Assembly: GCA_965237525.1 (NCBI GenBank)
Contig: CBDEFO010000008.1
Coordinates: 256,001-320,000, forward strand
Length of the DNA stretch: 64,000 nucleotides
Reading direction: 5' to 3'
Source of the DNA: Candidatus Latescibacterota bacterium
GTDB lineage: Bacteria; Latescibacterota; CBDEFO01
Part shown: piece by piece, positions 31,691 to 42,351 of the stretch
How positions within the stretch are numbered: the stretch's first letter is position 1
Layout of the letters: the number at the start of each line of letters is the position of its first letter
Made by a program: the position numbers and the translations under genes
The notes under the pieces: generated by a model
The model's input: the letters and a program-made list of their open reading frames with translations, nothing else
What the model was told of the DNA's origin: nothing
Databases searched by the model: none

Positions 31691-32596
31691 TTATTTCCTC
31701 CCTCTTGGCGATTCCGAAATTCCCGCAATTCCTTCTCCCGAAACCGATCTATAGATTCCCCAGAGGACGATTATGCTACCTGCGATTCTGAGAGGCGTGG
31801 GAGTCTCATAAAGGATAAAATAGGCTAAAACAGCGGCTATGACAGGCTCGGCTAAGAGCGCTATAGATACATAGGAAGGAGAAATGCTCCCCAAAGCCCA
31901 GTTTATGGAGCTGTGGCCGATGATCTGCGGAACGAGGGCTAAAAGGAAAAGATAAAAGTACGTCTTTGGGGAATAACCCACGAATTCTTGACCGAAGATC
32001 AGGCATATAACTATTAAAAAGAGGGCGGCGGATGTGTAGGCTTTGAATATGTAGCTGTAAAGGCCGATTTTTTGCCTGAGCTTTCTGCCGATTAACAGAT
32101 AGCAGGACATGGCGACCGCGCCCAAAAGAGCGAGGATGTCCCCGATCAGCGACTCCGGACCCTTCTCCCAATCCCCAAAGCCGATTATGACGCTGCCTGC
32201 GACCGAGATCGCTATGCCGAAAGCCATTTTGCGGGATACTTTTTCCTTCAAAAAGAAATGGGAGGCGATACCCACAAAGATTGGGTTTGTAGTAACGAGG
32301 ACTACAGAGCTTGCCACGGTAGTGTAGCTTAGGGAGGTTATCCATAGGGAAAAATGGAAGGCAAGGCACAGGCCCGAAAGGACCGAAAGTAGAAGATCAC
32401 CTCTGCTCAGCTTCGTAGGATGTGCGCGTCTGTCCACAAGGACGAACGGCAAGAGCATAAGCGAGGCTAAAAAGAGGCGGTATGCGGCAATTATTAAAGG
32501 CGGAGCGTCGCACAGACGTATGAGAATAGAGGCAAAAGAGGCTGCTGTAATCCCTACAGACAGGACTATGTAAGGAGAAAAATTTAAGCTCTTGAC
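31691..32596 (-). CDS. DMT/EamA transporter; the codon after the RBS is GTC, so the start may be lost
   Basis: The frame is open 46 codons upstream of 32458 (SFASILIR...IAAYRL). GGAGGAGG precedes GTC at 32594-32596. Confidence 0.8.
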   Translation of the reverse strand, partial: VKSLNFSPYIVLSVGITAASFASILIRLCDAPPLIIAAYRLFLASLMLLPFVLVDRRAHPTKLSRGDLLLSVLSGLCLAFHFSLWITSLSYTTVASSVVLVTTNPIFVGIASHFFLKEKVSRKMAFGIAISVAGSVIIGFGDWEKGPESLIGDILALLGAVAMSCYLLIGRKLRQKIGLYSYIFKAYTSAALFLIVICLIFGQEFVGYSPKTYFYLFLLALVPQIIGHSSINWALGSISPSYVSIALLAEPVIAAVLAYFILYETPTPLRIAGSIIVLWGIYRSVSGEGIAGISESPRGRK

Positions 32597-32616
32597 GAAA
32601 TCCTCCTCCCAGTAAA

Positions 32617-32690
32617 TAGTAGGGGCGAACCCATGTGTTCGCCCGATTCATCCGCATTTTTGGGGCAACCATGTGGGTCTGTCCTAAGAA
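32617..32690. repeat. GTAG-type REP pair
   Basis: GTAGGGGCGAACCCATGTGTTCGCCC plus a degenerate inverted partner; related halves near 18627 and 46990. Confidence 0.7.
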
Positions 32691-32708
32691 TGTTTGCTGT
32701 CTACTGGT

Positions 32709-33701
32709 TTATCCTCTCGGATGATAAGTTCTGTGGACTTCCCTCAGATATTCTATATCGATGTGCGTGTATATCTGTGTGTTGGATATGTTGACGTGGC
32801 CGAGCATCTCCTGGATAACGCGCAGATCTGCTCCCCCTTCTAAAAGGTGCGTCGCAAAAGAGTGCCTTAAAGTATGAGGGCTGACTCTCTTGGCGATGTT
32901 GGTCATATCCACGTATTTTCGAAGTATCTTCCACATGCCCATCCTGGAGAGCGGTTTCCCTCTCCAATTGAGGAATAGAACGTCTCCGGATGCATCGGAG
33001 GCGATCTTTGATCTGGCACTATTCAAATAGATATCAATCCAGGCAATGGCTGCGCTTCCTATGGGGACTACGCGCTCTTTGGATCTCTTCCCGAAAACTC
33101 TCACCATTCCGATACGATGTTCGCCTTCTCCTTCAAGCGGATGTTCCGCATCCTCCAGGAGGAGGTCTCCCGTGTGGACGGATATGAGCTCCGAGACCCT
33201 GACACCCGTGGCATATAGGAACTCAAGACAGGCCCTGTCCCTTATGCCCATCGGGGTACTGGTATCGGGCCGATTTAAAAGGATGTCTATCTCGAGGGGA
33301 TTTAAGACGTCGGGAAGATGCCTTCCCAGTTTCGGGCTTTCCACATGTTCTGTGGGATCATCCGTGGATTTTCCTTCATTGAGGAGAAAGCGGTGGAACA
33401 TCCTTATTGAGGAGAGATTCCTTGAGATACTTGATGACTCCATTCCCCAATCACTCAAAAGGCGCAAGAGAGACGATATGTCCTCGCGACGCGCGTATTC
33501 AGGCGAACGGGCACCCCTGAAGGATAGGAATTCCAAATACCTTTCGATATCCTTCTTGTAGGCATAGACGGTGTTGCCTGACAGACCCTTTTCGACGGTT
33601 ATGTAGTCGAGAAATTGATCTAAAAGCTCCTTCGCCTCGGCGGAATACCTGCTGTGATCATCAGGACGTTCGCTTCGACTGTATGTCTCTAAATTTTGCA
33701 T
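32709..33701 (-). CDS. xerD: Tyrosine recombinase XerD
   Basis: VEKGLSGNT..AY..D, LYATGVRVSEL, SPHTLRHSFATHLLEGGADLR, YTH, HPR motifs. Confidence 0.93.
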   Translation of the reverse strand: MQNLETYSRSERPDDHSRYSAEAKELLDQFLDYITVEKGLSGNTVYAYKKDIERYLEFLSFRGARSPEYARREDISSLLRLLSDWGMESSSISRNLSSIRMFHRFLLNEGKSTDDPTEHVESPKLGRHLPDVLNPLEIDILLNRPDTSTPMGIRDRACLEFLYATGVRVSELISVHTGDLLLEDAEHPLEGEGEHRIGMVRVFGKRSKERVVPIGSAAIAWIDIYLNSARSKIASDASGDVLFLNWRGKPLSRMGMWKILRKYVDMTNIAKRVSPHTLRHSFATHLLEGGADLRVIQEMLGHVNISNTQIYTHIDIEYLREVHRTYHPRG

Positions 33702-33892
33702 TAAGTATCGGGTCAAAAATAGTAACCAGCATACAGGGGATCGCTTCGTGACTTTTCCCCTTTGCAACGACTGGGGGACGAAGCCAAACAATGTCATTGC
33801 GAGCGCCCCGACTAAGGATATCGGGGGGAAGCAAGCTCAAGGAATGGGAGGCGCTGCCCTACCTGCTGTCTACTGAACTACTGTCGACTAAT

Positions 33893-34393
33893 TTAGGATA
33901 TATCCAGTTGGGGAATTTCGAGCTTCAAAAGGGCGATTTTCCAGTCTGTTCCTGCCGAAAATCCACCCAAAGCGGTGTTCGCGGCTATAACCCTGTGGCA
34001 GGGAATTACTATAGGAATGGGATTTCTCCCAAGTGCCGCTCCCACTGCCCTGGAGGCTGCAGGTCTCTTTATTGCCTCTGCTATTTCACCGTAGGTTGCC
34101 ACCTTGCCGTAGGATATTGATGACGTTTCCATCCAGACTGCTTTTTGGAAATCAGTAAAGCCTGAGACATCCAGGGGAATTGAGAAATCCACTGGCTCTC
34201 CCCTGAAGTACTTTACCATCTGATCCTCGAATTCAATCAAATCGGGGCGGAAGTCGGAGGCTCGACCTCCCTTTCCAAGTATCCCTATTTCGCCGCTGGT
34301 TCTGCGGAACTCTCCTAACTTGACCCTCTTTAGCTTGCGGTCAGAAAATGCTATTCTCACGCTGCCGAACTGAGTCCTTAAAATTGCGGACAT
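33893..34393 (-). CDS. ogt: Methylated-DNA-protein-cysteine methyltransferase
   Basis: FQKAVW, TYGEIA, RAVG, IPCHRV motifs. Confidence 0.92.
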   Translation of the reverse strand: MSAILRTQFGSVRIAFSDRKLKRVKLGEFRRTSGEIGILGKGGRASDFRPDLIEFEDQMVKYFRGEPVDFSIPLDVSGFTDFQKAVWMETSSISYGKVATYGEIAEAIKRPAASRAVGAALGRNPIPIVIPCHRVIAANTALGGFSAGTDWKIALLKLEIPQLDIS

Positions 34394-34412
34394 TTTTTGA
34401 GCCCTGTGGATA

Positions 34413-35432
34413 CTACTTGATTCCAACGACCATCGAGTCCGGTCCGACAAGATGCTCGACGCGTGTTTGACGGAATCCAGCCTCGCGCATCCAGGAGGTG
34501 CAATCGGCTCCAGTGTAGTCGAATCCACCTGGTGTCTCAATGAGCATGTTCAGGCTCATAAGTAATCCGAACGCGTTCTGGTTGCGGTCGTCATCAATTA
34601 TAGCCTCGTGGATGATTAGCACGCCGCCTTTGGGCAGTGCATCGTACGCCTTGGCGATCAGCATGTGCTTCTCCTCCAGATTCCAGTCGTGCAAAATGTG
34701 TCCCATCACCAAAACGTCTGCTTCCGGCAGTGAGTCCTCGAAGAAGTCTCCCGGATAGAAGCGCAAGCGCCGGCTTAGCCCGAACGAATTCACGTAGTCC
34801 TCGAAGATGGGGCCCACGGACGGCAAGTCGAACCCACCTCCTGTGAGGTGACTGTGGCCAAGAGCGACTTGCACCGGCAGGCCACCTTGAGCCGTTCCGA
34901 TGTCAATGAACGTCTGATAATCGGCCCACGGGAATTTATTCGCGATCGCATTTGCCGCACCCATGCTGATGCCTGTCATGGCTTCAAGAAATCCCCGCAG
35001 CCCAGCAGGGTCACTGTAAAGTGCAGCAAATACGTCCTTCCCGTCTTTTGCCTCGTTCTGCGGTCGGCCGCTGCGAAGCGCTTCGGTCAGCGAGCCCCAG
35101 AAGCGATAGAGACGCGCGTTGGCCATCTCAAGCATGCCTCCAATATAGCGAGGTTTCTCCCGGTCCAGGAAAAGGTCTGTCTGGGGTGTATTGGCATACC
35201 GCCCGTCGCTTCGCTCCAGCATTCCCAAGGCGACGAGTGCATCGAAGAAATCCCGTGCGCTGCGCGGGTGGAGTCCAAGTTTCTCGGCAATTTCATCAAT
35301 ATCTGAGGGACCCTTGGCAAGCTCAGTGAACAGACCGATCTCAATCGCGCTCAGCAGGGTCTTCGAGCCCCAAAAACCGAGGCCAAGTTGCATGATTCTA
35401 TCAGGAGTGGGATCTTCATCATCTTTATCCAT
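34413..35432 (-). CDS. O-methyltransferase (ASMT/Methyltransf_2 family)
   Basis: Dimerisation N-terminus; [18 protein letters not shown] motifs. Confidence 0.9.
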   Translation of the reverse strand: MDKDDEDPTPDRIMQLGLGFWGSKTLLSAIEIGLFTELAKGPSDIDEIAEKLGLHPRSARDFFDALVALGMLERSDGRYANTPQTDLFLDREKPRYIGGMLEMANARLYRFWGSLTEALRSGRPQNEAKDGKDVFAALYSDPAGLRGFLEAMTGISMGAANAIANKFPWADYQTFIDIGTAQGGLPVQVALGHSHLTGGGFDLPSVGPIFEDYVNSFGLSRRLRFYPGDFFEDSLPEADVLVMGHILHDWNLEEKHMLIAKAYDALPKGGVLIIHEAIIDDDRNQNAFGLLMSLNMLIETPGGFDYTGADCTSWMREAGFRQTRVEHLVGPDSMVVGIK

Positions 35433-35503
35433 AATCTTCCACCTATCTATTTAATTTTTGTATCTCTGTTGTCTTGAAGCTCTGTAAGCCTTAGTTTAGA
35501 AGT

Positions 35504-37330
35504 TCACACTCTCTTCTGCAAATGCTCTTTGATCGTCGAAGCAAGCTTTCTTCCTATACCTTGGATAGAGGCTATATCCTCCACATCGGCCTGGGAGATT
35601 CTGTTTACTGATCCGAATCTGTTGAGGAGCATCCGCTTTCTGGATTCGCCAACGCTCTCTATGTTATCCAGTTCGGAGGAGATCGTACGCTTTTGCCTCC
35701 TTTTGCGGTGGTATTCGAGCGCGAAGCGGTGCGCTTCATCCCTTATCGCTTGAAGGAATCTAAGAGACGAAGAGGTCTTGGGCAGAGTCTGAGCTTCTGA
35801 TACTCCCGGGACGAATACCTCTTCGAGCCTCTTGGCAAGACCAATTACGGGCTGTTCGGGCACGCCCACGTCCCTCAAAGTGGCGGCAGCACTTGAAAGC
35901 TGGCCCTTCCCTCCATCTATCAAGAGGAGATCCGGGAGTTCCGATCCCTCCTCCAGGAGACGTTTGAACCTCCTTTGTACGACCTCTCTTATCATTGCAA
36001 AGTCGTCGGGGCCTTCTGTCCTGGAAATCTTAAACCTTCTGTATTGGCCCTTTTGGGGTCTGCCGTCCCAGAAACTGACCAATGAGCCGACAGGGTCACT
36101 CCCCTGCACGTTGGATATGTCTATAGCCTCTATTCTCCTTGGCAGGCCTTCGAGCCTTAGATCTCGCTTTAAGGCTTCGACCGAATGAGGAACTCTGTCT
36201 TTGAGCTTTTCCCTCTTCAGCCTTCGCTCGGTCAGGAGGAGCCCGGCGTCCCTCTCTGCCATCTTTATGAGTTTGGCTTTGTCGCCTCGTTCGGGCACTT
36301 TGACAGTTACTTTGAACCCGGCAATGTTAGAGAGCCATAGAGAGATAGAATCCTGTTCTTCTATCTCCAGAGGAAGATGTATCTCTCTGGGCACGCTCGT
36401 TGAGGTGAGGTAGAACTGTCTGACAAATCCTGATACTATAACAGAGTGGGAGGAATCCAAAACTTTGTCCATAAAGTAGTGCTTTCTGCCGAGCATTTTT
36501 CCTGCTCTCACCTCCATAACAACCCCGCAGGCTTCGTCATCGTCCACACAGACCGCTATTATGTCCCAGTCATCTAAAGTAGCGGTCGCTACCTTCTGCC
36601 TATCAGCAAGGCTCTGGATGTCGGCAAGACGGTCCCGGTAGGAGGCGGCTTCCTCAAACCTCAAATTCTCAGAGGCTTCCTCCATCTTCTCTCTGAGATT
36701 CTCTATGATGCGGTCATTTCGGCCCTTCAGGAAGAGCACCACCTCCTCCATCATGCTCTGGTATTCTTCCCTGCTCACAAAGCCCTCGCAGGGTCCCCCA
36801 CAGCGTTTTATCTCGTACTCAAGACATACTCTGGTGATGCGAGGAGAAGGAAGCTGATCCTGGCATGTCCTTACAGGAAAAACGCGCCTTATTATCTCCA
36901 ACGTCCTGCGCATGGCGCTCACGTCGGTGTAGGGACCGAAATATTCGGCCTTGTCCTTTTTCATCTCTCTCACGACCAGAATGCGAGGATAGTCCTCGTT
37001 TGTGATTTTGATGAAGGGGTATTTTTTATCGTCTTTCAAGCTGATGTTATAGCGGGGCTTGTGTTCCTTGATAAGATTCGCCTCTAAGATCAGGGCCTCT
37101 AACTCGTTGTCCGTGATAATGTATTCGAAGTCAGCTATATTGGAGACAAGGGCCTTAAACTGTATCCTCCCGTCGTCTGCCGATTTCCCAAAATAGGACC
37201 TTACCCTGTTTCTTAAAGACTTGGCCTTGCCGACGTATATGAGCTGATCACCTCTGTCCTTCATCAAATAGACTCCGGGCTTTTGAGGCAGGCCTTCCAG
37301 TTTAAGGGCTATGTTTTCTCTATTATTCAT
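35504..37330 (-). CDS. uvrC: Excinuclease ABC subunit C
   Basis: GIY-YIG (PGVY..YVGKAKSLR), DISN, DGGKGQL, RDEAHRFA, HhH. Confidence 0.97.
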   Translation of the reverse strand: MNNRENIALKLEGLPQKPGVYLMKDRGDQLIYVGKAKSLRNRVRSYFGKSADDGRIQFKALVSNIADFEYIITDNELEALILEANLIKEHKPRYNISLKDDKKYPFIKITNEDYPRILVVREMKKDKAEYFGPYTDVSAMRRTLEIIRRVFPVRTCQDQLPSPRITRVCLEYEIKRCGGPCEGFVSREEYQSMMEEVVLFLKGRNDRIIENLREKMEEASENLRFEEAASYRDRLADIQSLADRQKVATATLDDWDIIAVCVDDDEACGVVMEVRAGKMLGRKHYFMDKVLDSSHSVIVSGFVRQFYLTSTSVPREIHLPLEIEEQDSISLWLSNIAGFKVTVKVPERGDKAKLIKMAERDAGLLLTERRLKREKLKDRVPHSVEALKRDLRLEGLPRRIEAIDISNVQGSDPVGSLVSFWDGRPQKGQYRRFKISRTEGPDDFAMIREVVQRRFKRLLEEGSELPDLLLIDGGKGQLSSAAATLRDVGVPEQPVIGLAKRLEEVFVPGVSEAQTLPKTSSSLRFLQAIRDEAHRFALEYHRKRRQKRTISSELDNIESVGESRKRMLLNRFGSVNRISQADVEDIASIQGIGRKLASTIKEHLQKRV

Positions 37331-37429
37331 TTATAAAAGTTTCACGGTCTCAATATAAAGCTCAATCGCATCGGTGATATTCTCCAGAGCCTCTTCGATT
37401 GTTTCACCCTGGGAGACACACCCTTTCAT
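37331..37429 (-). pseudogene. HicB-family antitoxin fragment (32 aa)
   Basis: MKGCVSQGETIEEALENITDAIELYIE; the N-terminal beta strands are missing. Confidence 0.7.
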
Positions 37430-38314
37430 TTATAGAAAATTCCTAAATTTTTCAGGAGTACTGTTTATCATTTTCAGAACTTTGGGGACCTCCTTGCTTC
37501 GTGCTTCGCCCGCGTCAGAATTGGGTGCGCGCACCGAAGGGTTATCTATGATGCCCTGCTAGTAGCGAATGTATTTGCAGACAGAGTAGGCATGAGGATC
37601 GAAGGTGCAGTAGTTCAAAAGAGGCAGGAGTTTGTTGTAGTACAGCTCACGAGCTTCGTCCCACCGTTTCTCCATCGCAAGCTCGTACAGCTTTACTTCG
37701 TCCTGAGGCACCAACGTAGCGCTTCCTGAGATGACGCCGTCAGAGCCCATCTCGTAGGCTATAAGGCTCATCAAGTCCCATCCACAAAGGAGGGGGATGT
37801 CCAGCAGTCTTTTAGCCTCGTAATTCTTGTCGGGAAGCCCGCTAATCTTTAGCGCAACTATGTTCTCACTTTTCTGAGACAGCGGCAGAATATCTTCTTC
37901 GATAGACAGCTCCCCCTGCTCACCCAGGTCGTAGAGCATCACCGGGATAGTATCGGCCAGCCTCAGGAAATAGGCGCTGATACCGCCTTCAACCGGGGGT
38001 CTGGACATCACGTAGTCCCCGCCTGCTTCTTTCGCATAGCGACCAAGTGTAAGGCCTTCTTCGAAGCCGGCGTCGATAATGCCGAAGCCGACCGGGACCC
38101 TGCCTCCGACATAGTTTACGACGACCTCCATTGTGCGCCGTCGCTCCTCCATCGAAAGCAATGAGAACTCGCCGATCTTTCCCATCTCCACAAGGCTGTT
38201 GGCCCCACCGTCGATAACGTGGTCGATCAGTCGGCAAATGCTCCTTTCGTCCACCTCACCCGAATCGGTGAACGGCGTCATAAGCAAGGTGTTAACCCCT
38301 GTAAGTCTTTTCAT
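37430..38314 (-). pseudogene. DHDPS/NAL-family aldolase with an in-frame TAG at 37559-37561
   Basis: TPF..GEVD, GEF..L..EER, MLYD, IVALK.S. Reading through the TAG gives QGIIDNPSVRAP... and 294 codons, a normal family length. Confidence 0.8.
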
Positions 38315-38382
38315 ATTCGGGCAATCCCTTAGCTATCTTGTCAGTCATTGATAAAGAGCCCCTTCCATCGAACACTTTCCGA

Positions 38383-41040
38383 TCACTTCCCTTCGATCTT
38401 CTTCTTCCATTCCTCTATTTTTATCAACGCTTGAAGGGGCGTTGTAGAGCTGATGTCTGTGTTCCTTATCTCGTCTATTACGGGATTTTCAGAAGAGCCG
38501 AAGAGGGTCATCTGAAGGTTGTCGGAGGGATGCGCCCTCCGTTTAGGCCCGGGTGTGTCTGAAATCTCGTGCGATGTTGAACCGTTCCCTTCCAGGTCGC
38601 TGAGGACCTCCTTTGCCCTATCCACTACTTCTTGAGGCATTCCGGCCAGGCGGGCGACATGGAGGCCGTAGCTGTGGTCACAGCCTCCAGAGACCATCTT
38701 GTGCAGGAATACGACATGATCTCCACTTTCGCTTACCGCTACGTTGTAGTTTTTGACCCTTTTAAGACGTTCTTCAAGTTCTACGAGTTCGTGATAGTGC
38801 GTCGCAAATAGCGTTCTGGGATTGGCTTTAGAGGAGTTGTGGAGGTGTTCCACCGTAGCCCAAGCTATACTCAGGCCGTCGAAGGTGCTGGTTCCTCTGC
38901 CGACCTCGTCGAGGAGAACGAGACTTTTAGACGTGGAGTTGTTGAGGATATTGGCGGCTTCGTTCATCTCCACTAAAAAGGTGCTTTCCCCCCTTGCCAG
39001 ATTATCGGATGCCCCGACCCTGGTGAATATCCTATCTACAACGCCGATCTTCGCCGATTTTGCAGGGACAAAGCTGCCCATCTGAGCCATCAAGACTATC
39101 AGGGCGACCTGACGGAGGACAGTGCTTTTCCCTGCCATATTTGGTCCCGTGATTATGAGTACCTGATCGCTGGAACCGCTTAAGTAGACATCGTTCGGGA
39201 CAAACTCGCCCTCCTTGATGATTCGTTCGACCACAGGATGCCTGCCGCCGGATATTTCTATTGTGTCTTTGTCGTCCACCTGGGGGCGGACGTAGTCGTA
39301 AGCCGAGGCTACTTCAGCAAGCGATGCAAGGACATCTATGTAGGCTACGGCTTTTGCGGCTGTCTGTATCTCCCGGACCCTTTCGGCCACCTGGCAGCGT
39401 ATATCCACAAAGAGGTTAAGTTCGAGCTCCTTTATCCGATCTTCGGCACCGAGTATCTTGGCCTCCCATTCCTTCAGTTCCGGCGTTATGAACCTGCTGG
39501 CGTTTACTAACGTCTGTTTGAGGATGTAGTCGTCGGGGACTCTATTCAGATTGGACTTGGTCACCTCTATGTAGTAGCCGAATACCTTGTTGTAGCCCAC
39601 CTTGAGGGAGGTTATTCCTGTCCTGCTCTTCTCTTTGGACTGGAGGACTGCTACCCAATCTCTGCCCTCAGAAGTTACGCCTCTCAGACCGTCGAGTTCC
39701 TCGTTGTAGCCGTCCTTTATTATATCACCCTCTGCGATAGAAAGGGGAGGTTCTTCCTCTATCGCGCGGTCGATGAGGTCTGCTACATCGCTTAAATCTA
39801 GGAGACCCGACTCCCTTGTGCGGCAGAGCATCTCCGATGTCTTGCCCTGAAGGACATCTTTGAGTTGGGGGAGTTTCTTGAGGGAATTTTTCAGTCCGAT
39901 CAGGTCTCTGGCATTGGCTCTGGCGCAGCACACCTTAGCTATAATCCTCTCTAAATCGCTGATCTCTTTCAGAACATCCGCTAGCTCCATCCTGCACTCA
40001 GAATCGTAAAATAGTTCCTCTACAGCGTCGAGTCTCTGCTCGATAGATTTAACTGAAGTAAGGGGGAGCAGGATCCAGTTCCTTAAGGTCCTTGCGCCCA
40101 TGGGGGTTTTAGTGCTATCCAAGACGTAAAGGAGCGACCCTTCGCGAGCACCTTCTCTCAGGGAGGATAAGAGTTCCAGGTTGCTCTGCGTGGACGGATC
40201 CAATATCATATAATCGGATGAGCGGTATCTGGATATGCGGTTGACGTGGGAAACATCGCTTTTCTGATTCTCCTTGAGATAGCCCAGAACTGCTCCGGCA
40301 GAGCAGATACCGATCTTTAGATCTTCGCAATCGAAGCCCTTTAGAGAAGCTACTTTGAAGTGGTCTAAAAGGGCCTCGTAGGCGGAGTCGTAGAGGAATG
40401 CCCAGTCATCGATCTTCGTCAGTAGAATCTTAGGAAAGAGATCTTCAAATTCGTCTTTGAATCGATCCACCCAGATTTCCGATGCGACGACTTCTGCGGG
40501 GCTTATCCTCTCTACCTCCTCCCAGAGCACCTCGTTGGGTACCTCCGCAACTCCAAAATCACCTGTGGAGAGATCTACTGTGGAGATTCCCGATCTTTGG
40601 GAGTCTGAGCACAGGGATAGGAGGAAATTGTTCTTACTGCCATCCAGGAGGTTCTCCGATAGGGCTGTGCCCGGAGAGACGATCTGGACGACCTCTCTTT
40701 TTACTATGCCTCCACCAGGTTTAGGGGGTTCCATCTGCTCGCATATAGCGACCTTCACACCCGCTTTGACCAGTTTGGCAAGGTATCCGTCTAAGGCATG
40801 ATGAGGCACACCTGACAAGGGCACATTATCGGACTTTCCGTGATTTCTGGAGGTTAAAGTCAGTCCCAGAAGCTTTGCCCCTATCTTGGCGTCCTCAAAG
40901 AACATCTCATAAAAATCGCCCATCCGAAAGAGGAGTATGGCGTCTTTGTGCTCCTTCTTCAGCTTGAGGTACTGCTCTATCATCGGGGTGATGCGACCAC
41001 TCCGTGTTGTCTGATATGACCTTGCCAACGACTTTTTCAC
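38383..41040 (-). CDS. mutS: DNA mismatch repair protein MutS
   Basis: TPMIEQY, GDFYEMF, GPNMAGKST, DEVGRGTST, FATHYHEL motifs. Confidence 0.98.
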   Translation of the reverse strand: MKKSLARSYQTTRSGRITPMIEQYLKLKKEHKDAILLFRMGDFYEMFFEDAKIGAKLLGLTLTSRNHGKSDNVPLSGVPHHALDGYLAKLVKAGVKVAICEQMEPPKPGGGIVKREVVQIVSPGTALSENLLDGSKNNFLLSLCSDSQRSGISTVDLSTGDFGVAEVPNEVLWEEVERISPAEVVASEIWVDRFKDEFEDLFPKILLTKIDDWAFLYDSAYEALLDHFKVASLKGFDCEDLKIGICSAGAVLGYLKENQKSDVSHVNRISRYRSSDYMILDPSTQSNLELLSSLREGAREGSLLYVLDSTKTPMGARTLRNWILLPLTSVKSIEQRLDAVEELFYDSECRMELADVLKEISDLERIIAKVCCARANARDLIGLKNSLKKLPQLKDVLQGKTSEMLCRTRESGLLDLSDVADLIDRAIEEEPPLSIAEGDIIKDGYNEELDGLRGVTSEGRDWVAVLQSKEKSRTGITSLKVGYNKVFGYYIEVTKSNLNRVPDDYILKQTLVNASRFITPELKEWEAKILGAEDRIKELELNLFVDIRCQVAERVREIQTAAKAVAYIDVLASLAEVASAYDYVRPQVDDKDTIEISGGRHPVVERIIKEGEFVPNDVYLSGSSDQVLIITGPNMAGKSTVLRQVALIVLMAQMGSFVPAKSAKIGVVDRIFTRVGASDNLARGESTFLVEMNEAANILNNSTSKSLVLLDEVGRGTSTFDGLSIAWATVEHLHNSSKANPRTLFATHYHELVELEERLKRVKNYNVAVSESGDHVVFLHKMVSGGCDHSYGLHVARLAGMPQEVVDRAKEVLSDLEGNGSTSHEISDTPGPKRRAHPSDNLQMTLFGSSENPVIDEIRNTDISSTTPLQALIKIEEWKKKIEGK

Positions 41041-41137
41041 TTAAGAAAAGCTTTCTAGTAAGGACCAATTGAAGTAAGATTGCTCCCCCCGATAGATTCA
41101 ATCGGGGACTCAGGGGATGGGAGGTGGTGGCCCCTGT

Positions 41138-42154
41138 CTACTGTCTACTGGTATTCACCACTATCGGACGTTCGTGAACCCATTCTATTGAGAGTAGGCT
41201 CTCGACCCACTTTTGGGCTTCCTCTTTCGTCTTATAGGGACCCATCCTGACTAAATATGCCGATTCATCCTCTATGGTCTTCATCTCCACGTAGACAGAT
41301 AGTCCCTTCTCTGAGAGTCTGTTGTACAGGCTCGTCGCGTTGGATGCGTTTTTGAACGCTCCTATCTGGACGGCAAAGTCTCCTTCAGAGCCTGAAGGCA
41401 CGCCTCCTTTTGCTGTAGCGATACCCGGGATGGAGGCAGCTTCATAGCTGTTGGGACACTCACGGGCAATCCTTTCGAGAGCCTTTGAGGCATCTTTCTC
41501 TCTCCCGATCTTTCTGTAGGATTGGACGAGGGTCCAGAGGATATGGCTCTTGAGGGTCTCTACGTCTTCTCTTTGGAGGAGTCTTTCGCCAAGCTCTACG
41601 ACTCTTTCGAAGTCTTCCTGCACAAAGTAAGAGTCCATAATTCCGGACCCGGCGAATATCCTCATTTTTGAGTCAGGATAAAGAGTTAACAGCCTTCCGA
41701 ACTCGGCTCTGGCTAATGCCCAGTCTTCGGTGGCCAGAAAGGTCATCCCGATTCGATACTGCGCCCTGTCGGCAAGCTCGCTTTTGGGGTACTCTTCGAG
41801 CAATCTTCTAAAGTGGCTGCGCGCTGTTATGTAGTAGGGTCCAGAATAGTAGGACTCAGCTATCTGAAAGAGGGCGTTGTCCGCTAACTCGTGCCCGGGA
41901 GCGACTTCCAACAAGCGCCTGAAGCGATCGTACGATAAGAGACCGTCGGTCTCTGTTCTGCCCAGATAGTATAGGGATTCGGGATCGTCGGGATGGCGGA
42001 TTAAATATTTTTCGAAAATCTCCCTGGACTTTTCATATTCCCCTGACTTGAAAAGGGACTTTGCCTCGTCTAAAGACACTTGACAAAAGGCAAGGTTATA
42101 TGTAAAAAGGCAGGAGCAGAGCGTTAAAATAGCGGTAATAATACGCGGTATCAT
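41138..42154 (-). CDS. TPR (BamD/CpoB-like) plus SPOR-domain periplasmic protein
   Basis: Signal peptide, YP.S..A..A TPR repeats, FAVQIGAF SPOR motif. Promoter TTGACA-17-TATCTT at 42204-42232. Confidence 0.85.
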   Translation of the reverse strand: MIPRIITAILTLCSCLFTYNLAFCQVSLDEAKSLFKSGEYEKSREIFEKYLIRHPDDPESLYYLGRTETDGLLSYDRFRRLLEVAPGHELADNALFQIAESYYSGPYYITARSHFRRLLEEYPKSELADRAQYRIGMTFLATEDWALARAEFGRLLTLYPDSKMRIFAGSGIMDSYFVQEDFERVVELGERLLQREDVETLKSHILWTLVQSYRKIGREKDASKALERIARECPNSYEAASIPGIATAKGGVPSGSEGDFAVQIGAFKNASNATSLYNRLSEKGLSVYVEMKTIEDESAYLVRMGPYKTKEEAQKWVESLLSIEWVHERPIVVNTSRQ

Positions 42155-42351
42155 AAGTCCTTTATCCTTCTGCCAAACGTCTGTATGCACCTTTGTCACA
42201 ATAAAGATACGTTACTCTCATCCATTTGTCAACAGTGACATTGTCATGGGATCTACAACCGTACGAAACAAGTGTAAAGTAAGTATATTGACAATTCCTT
42301 TAACCAATACAAAGACGGATAAATAGATGTCGTCAAGAAGATCTTCTGAGC

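Noticed and set aside
32709..33701. Recombinase as a phage or integron integrase
   Set aside because: Motifs and context match housekeeping XerD; there is no IntI-specific insertion or phage gene nearby.
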